Positions 59,701 to 64,000 of a stretch of 64,000 nt of DNA are shown here, one piece after another. Each line of letters begins with the position of its first letter. Position 1 is the first letter of the stretch. This DNA comes from Actinomycetota bacterium (GTDB lineage: Bacteria; Actinomycetota; Thermoleophilia; Solirubrobacterales; JACPNS01): the NCBI GenBank assembly GCA_016213645.1, contig JACQZY010000013.1, positions 347,080-411,079 on the forward strand, given 5' to 3'. Below the pieces are notes generated by a model. It was not told the DNA's origin. It did no database searches and worked only from the letters and a program-made list of their open reading frames with translations. A program made the translations under genes and the position numbers.

Positions 59701-59882
59701 ATTGTGCTTTCGGGCCGTGACGTGGCGACAGTTCCGCAACGTCAGGAGTCCGGAGCGATACCGCTCTTCCTGACCAAGACTCGTTTCTCCGTAGCTCCAT
59801 CCGAGCTCGAGTCACCGCGACGAACAGTCGCACCGCAATGGCGCCTGATCAAGGCGCATCGCAACGGAAGTCTCCTTACCGA

Positions 59883-62711
59883 ATGACACCAAGCGCCCCC
59901 AAGGCCGAAGACATCAAGCGTGTAGAGGAATTCACGCGCGAACCGTTCGTTCTGAACGGCGACGATCCAGCCGTGGCGCTGGCGCCGGGCACGCTGCGCC
60001 GTCGCGCCTTCGACGCCGCGCTCGCGGAGCTTGACGGCGGCGAGGGCGAAGTGTCGCGCGACTGGGCGCGGCGTTACTCGCTGTTGCTTGGCCTGGAACG
60101 CGCGATCAGCGACCCCGAGCCCAAGCTCGCCGACGGCACAACACTCAACGCGCATCAGGTGGACGTGCTCAGCGGCACGCTCGCGGCGCTGATGACCGAG
60201 CAGGAGACCGCGCTCGACGGCAGTGTTGTGACCGGCGACGACGTCTTCGCCGAAGAGGAATTTGAGGACGACGAACTCGACGAGATCCCCGACGAGCCCG
60301 CTGAGGACGAAAACGGCGATGCCGAGGACGACATCGACTGGGACGTGTTCGCCGAAGACGACAACGAAGAAGAAGAGGACACCGCCGAGTACATCCCCAC
60401 CGGCGAGCACAAGCGCGGCGATCACGTCAGCGCGGACGCCGCGGCTTACGACGACGAAGAGCAGCTGCCCGAACAGCCGGAAGATCCAAACTCCGCCCAT
60501 CGATTTTGGTTCGAACACGCGACCGGCGCCGGCAAGACCGTCGCGGCGCTGGGATTTGTGGAGGCGTCTCGAACCGGCGGCGTGCTGATCCTCACGCACC
60601 GCCGCAACCTCGTGGACCAGTTCATCGGCGAACTCGTGGACCGCGGATACAAGCATCGGATCTCACCGCCTCTGCTTGACGGCGACGGCCACATGACCGG
60701 ACCGGTCACCGTTGAGACCTATCAGTGGTTCGTGCGTCACGCCGGCAACATCAGCGACGCGTACACGATCGTGATCTGCGATGAGGCCCACACCGCGCTG
60801 GGCGAAAAGACTTCTGCCGCGATTCGTCGCTGGAAGGAGCCGGTGTTCATCGGCATGACCGCCACCGGTGCGCTGATCGCACGTCATGTGACGGACCTCT
60901 TCCCTACGCAGACATCTCGCTTCGACCTCGCGCAGGCCGCGCGCCGTGGCGTGATTGCGCCGCTGCGCTGCGTGCGCATCCCTCCCGGCCCCGGCGTACG
61001 AACGATCGCCAATGTGCCGCTGCGGCGCGGCGAGGTGGACCAGGACTTCGATCAGGAAGAGCTGGCCGCACTGCTCGACCAGGCGCCGTTCAACCTCGCG
61101 ATCGCCGATCTGTACCGCGCTCGTTTCAAGGACATGCCCGGCGTGGTTTATGCCGCCGGTGTGAAGCACGCTTACAACGTCGCCGAAGCATTTCGCGAAT
61201 TCGGCATCAAGGCGAAGGCGGTCAGCGGCGAGACGCCCAAGCGTGAACTGGCCGAGACGCTTGCCGCCTACGAGCGCGGACAGCTCGACGTACTCGTCAA
61301 CGCGCAGCTTTTGGCGGAGGGCTGGAACTCGCCGCGCGCGACCGTCTGCATGCACTTGGCACCGACTGCCTCCAAGCGCATTTACCAACAGCGCGTGGGC
61401 CGCGTCACGCGACGTCACCCCGGTAAAGAGGCCGGCATTGTGGTGGACTTCGTGCACGCGGCCACCACACATGACGATCCGGTCGTGACGCTGCACTCGC
61501 TACTCGGGCGAGATGTTTACCGCGGCGGCGCGATCGTCGTAGGCCCGGTGCGCCGTGGCCGAGGACGCCGCCTTCGTGTGGAACGCCGCGTGTTGCCGGT
61601 CACCCCGGACCACGAACGCCGTGCGCAGATCTTCGAGCGTGAGCTGTGGCGAATCAGTGTGGCCAATCTGGATTGGGGAGAGCAGCGGGTGTGGGCTGCG
61701 CTGGCCGGCTCCAAGGCCAACGCCAACAACTGGCGTCGCGCTCGCGCGATGATTCAGCACGACCGCACGGGCGAACTGCGACGGCATCTTTTTCTGACCG
61801 CACTGGAACGCAACAAGCACCGCCCGGTACGGCTTCGTGCTTTGCAGGATCTGGCCAATTCCAAGGACCCCGAGGCCTACGACTTTGCGATCGAGATCAT
61901 CGGCGGCTGGCAACGCGACGAACGCCGCGAGGCAACCAAGCTGATGTTCAAGGCGATCGCAGACAAGAACATCGGCAACCGCGAGCAGGGCGCCGCCTGG
62001 ATCTGGACGCTTGCCGCCTACACCCGCGAGCTGCACGAGCAGTACGCGGTGCAGCGCTGGCCTGAAACTAAGCGTCTACTTGGGCTGCTGGTCAACTCTT
62101 CTGGTCCGGCGCACGGGCGCAACGCCCGCCGCATCGTGCAGGAGACACGCAAACACGATCTGCGTCTGGCGGCGGCAGTACTTGCGGCGGCGGTGGCGCA
62201 TTCGCCCGAGGCCGAGGAAGCATTGCGCGGCGGACGTCAGCGGTTGGCGCGCAAGCCCGGCGCGCTGGCGCGAGAGCTCAGCCGCAACTTCCCGAAGGCG
62301 CGCGGACGCAAGGGCCGCCGGCGCCGTGGCAACGAAAAAGACAAGGGCAAGCAGGCGAAACCGGCCTTGGCCGAAGGCGCGACCGCGATCCCGGAAAGCA
62401 CCCCCGGAAAGTCGTCGGAGGAGACCAAGAGCGGTCGGCGGCCCCGTGCGAAGAATCGCGGCGCGGCTGGTAGGCCGAATGGAAACAAGCCGGGCGGCAG
62501 CGAGTCCGCCGCGAAAGAGTCCGCCGCGAACGAAGAGAGCGTCGCGGCCGAAGCCGTCAAAGGCGGTGCGAAGAACAAGGGCCGGGTGAAGCGCTCGGGT
62601 TCAGGCGTCCGAGACAAGAGCAACGGCGCCGACAACCCCGACGCTTCCGAAACCGCCCCGCGCATCCCGGTGCTCGGCAGCTTCGAAGATCTTTCTCGCG
62701 GCGACGGTTAA
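59883..62711 (+). CDS. Superfamily II DEAH helicase (ResIII/RadD-like core) with acidic insert and helical C-terminal domain
   Basis: LNAHQ Q-motif, ATGAGKT, DEAH, MTAT, LAEGWN, QRVGRVTR. Confidence 0.9.
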   Translation: MTPSAPKAEDIKRVEEFTREPFVLNGDDPAVALAPGTLRRRAFDAALAELDGGEGEVSRDWARRYSLLLGLERAISDPEPKLADGTTLNAHQVDVLSGTLAALMTEQETALDGSVVTGDDVFAEEEFEDDELDEIPDEPAEDENGDAEDDIDWDVFAEDDNEEEEDTAEYIPTGEHKRGDHVSADAAAYDDEEQLPEQPEDPNSAHRFWFEHATGAGKTVAALGFVEASRTGGVLILTHRRNLVDQFIGELVDRGYKHRISPPLLDGDGHMTGPVTVETYQWFVRHAGNISDAYTIVICDEAHTALGEKTSAAIRRWKEPVFIGMTATGALIARHVTDLFPTQTSRFDLAQAARRGVIAPLRCVRIPPGPGVRTIANVPLRRGEVDQDFDQEELAALLDQAPFNLAIADLYRARFKDMPGVVYAAGVKHAYNVAEAFREFGIKAKAVSGETPKRELAETLAAYERGQLDVLVNAQLLAEGWNSPRATVCMHLAPTASKRIYQQRVGRVTRRHPGKEAGIVVDFVHAATTHDDPVVTLHSLLGRDVYRGGAIVVGPVRRGRGRRLRVERRVLPVTPDHERRAQIFERELWRISVANLDWGEQRVWAALAGSKANANNWRRARAMIQHDRTGELRRHLFLTALERNKHRPVRLRALQDLANSKDPEAYDFAIEIIGGWQRDERREATKLMFKAIADKNIGNREQGAAWIWTLAAYTRELHEQYAVQRWPETKRLLGLLVNSSGPAHGRNARRIVQETRKHDLRLAAAVLAAAVAHSPEAEEALRGGRQRLARKPGALARELSRNFPKARGRKGRRRRGNEKDKGKQAKPALAEGATAIPESTPGKSSEETKSGRRPRAKNRGAAGRPNGNKPGGSESAAKESAANEESVAAEAVKGGAKNKGRVKRSGSGVRDKSNGADNPDASETAPRIPVLGSFEDLSRGDG

Positions 62712-62752
62712 ACGATCTTCGCCCCTTTTTGATCCCGAGCGGGACAGGCCTT

Positions 62753-63460
62753 CTAATCCAGGCTTAGGTGCACTTCTCCGGCGGCGAGCGTTTCGGTGGT
62801 GCCGTCGTCAAGGGCAACTACGAGGTTGCCGTGATTGTCGATACCGGTAGCGGTGCCGGCGCCGCTGGACCAGCTGATTCTGCTTCCCCGAAGTGCGTCG
62901 CGCTCGCGCCACGCGTCGACGACTTCGGGTTCTTCAGCGGCAAACCATCGAGTCAGCCGATCGAGCAGCGGTGTCAATGCGTCGGTGCCGCGCGGCAGCG
63001 CCAGCGAACCGGCAGTCTCCTGAAGGTCAGCGGGCATGTGGCGCATGTCAACGGAGGTGTTGAGACCGATTCCGACGACCATCCACGAGTGTTCGGCCTG
63101 CGCCTCGGGACGGGCCTCGACGAGAATGCCGGCGACCTTGCGGCCCTCGATCCAAACGTCGTTGGGCCATTTGATCCGTGCGCTGAGGTTGCGAAGCTGT
63201 TCGCAGGTCTCGGCGACCGCCAGGCCGGCCGCCAGCGATGCCAGCGAATGACGCGGCAGCACGGGTCGCACAATCACCGACATCAGCAGCGCGTCGCCCG
63301 CAGGGGCTACCCATGAACGTCCCTGACGGCCGTGGCCGGCCGTTTGTTCGTTTGTCGTAACGGTCGCGCCGTGCGGCGCGCCGGCCTCGGCCAGCTTCTT
63401 GGCGAGGTCGTTCGTCGAATCGCAGACGCGGTGGTGAGCGTGAGGGAGTCCGAGTGTCAC
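62753..63460 (-). CDS. birA: Biotin--protein ligase (no HTH)
   Basis: DSTN, QTAGHGRQGRSW, KWPND, KVAGILVE, GIGLN. Confidence 0.96.
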   Translation of the reverse strand: MTLGLPHAHHRVCDSTNDLAKKLAEAGAPHGATVTTNEQTAGHGRQGRSWVAPAGDALLMSVIVRPVLPRHSLASLAAGLAVAETCEQLRNLSARIKWPNDVWIEGRKVAGILVEARPEAQAEHSWMVVGIGLNTSVDMRHMPADLQETAGSLALPRGTDALTPLLDRLTRWFAAEEPEVVDAWRERDALRGSRISWSSGAGTATGIDNHGNLVVALDDGTTETLAAGEVHLSLD

Positions 63461-64000
63461 GCGGGCGGAGCGGGGGGCGGCGCGGGCGGTGAGGACTGCT
63501 CGGGTGGCGCGACCGGCGCGCCGCTGCCGACGGGCGGCGGCTGGGAGGCTGCGACGGCGGGCGTGGCTTCGCCGGCGGCGATGACGCCACGCGGCGGTTC
63601 GCCGCTGGTGAGCGGTTCTCCGAGCACCGTCACAATCGCGCCACGCGTGATGCCAAGTTGTTCGGCGGCGTTTCCGCCATTGACGGCTATTGCCAGCGAG
63701 CCGTTCGAATCTTCGTAGAGCATCGGCTCGTTCGGCGCGACTTCTTCGAAGGCGCCAACCAGTCGGACCGGCATGCGCATACCGGCGGCGTCAATCTCAA
63801 CCTGTTTCACGCCCGCAATTCCCGCCGCTTGAAGTTCGATCGGCGAGGCGGCCAACCGCACGTTGCCGTACACGTCCACTTCCAGCACCTCGGCTTCGAT
63901 GCGCCCCGCCGCCACGCTGGGTTGCGGCAACTGCACACCCATCAGAACCGAAGGGTCGATCGGCTGTCCGGCGACCGTCAGCGATCCGCCACTCGCGAGC
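63457..64000 (-). CDS. SAM hydrolase/SAM-dependent halogenase family (DUF62), C-terminal part; runs off the window
   Basis: VLEVDVYGNV and YEDSNG.LAIAVNGGNAA motifs; Pro-rich tail. Confidence 0.8.
   Translation of the reverse strand, partial: LASGGSLTVAGQPIDPSVLMGVQLPQPSVAAGRIEAEVLEVDVYGNVRLAASPIELQAAGIAGVKQVEIDAAGMRMPVRLVGAFEEVAPNEPMLYEDSNGSLAIAVNGGNAAEQLGITRGAIVTVLGEPLTSGEPPRGVIAAGEATPAVAASQPPPVGSGAPVAPPEQSSPPAPPPAPPA

Overview
High-GC, mostly core chromosomal segment. The gene content suggests a deep-branching actinobacterium (Thermoleophilia/Solirubrobacterales-like); this taxonomy is inferred, not proven. In order it contains: ymdB-like phosphoesterase, a Fic gene, an ABC exporter, a heme/respiration cluster (hemB, fused ahbAB, hemL, Bacillus-type qcrABC, menG, polyprenyl synthase), a subtilase, dcd-tatA-tatC, tRNA-Lys, a diacetamido-uronic-acid sugar cluster, two RDD proteins (one of 1432 aa), the rpsF-ssb-rpsR-rplI-dnaB(intein)-DnaC-like-purA cluster, trehalose genes, a two-component system with HtrA, cell-envelope genes, pyrE, tRNA-Arg, galT, citrate synthase, an SF2 helicase and birA. 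No integrase, transposase, prophage or CRISPR array was found. The most unusual signals are non-coding: (1) structured ERIC-like repeats behind both tRNA genes, with inverted-repeat arms that include the tRNA 3' end; (2) an unassigned ~260-nt structured RNA candidate upstream of pyrE; (3) structured leaders before tatA and the helicase. Other points of note are a DnaB intein with a shortened homing endonuclease, a DnaC-type loader next to dnaB, a degenerate prenyltransferase-like small protein, sigma28-like promoters and pervasive leaderless promoters. All calls come from motif recognition and manual base-pairing; no database search or folding program was run.
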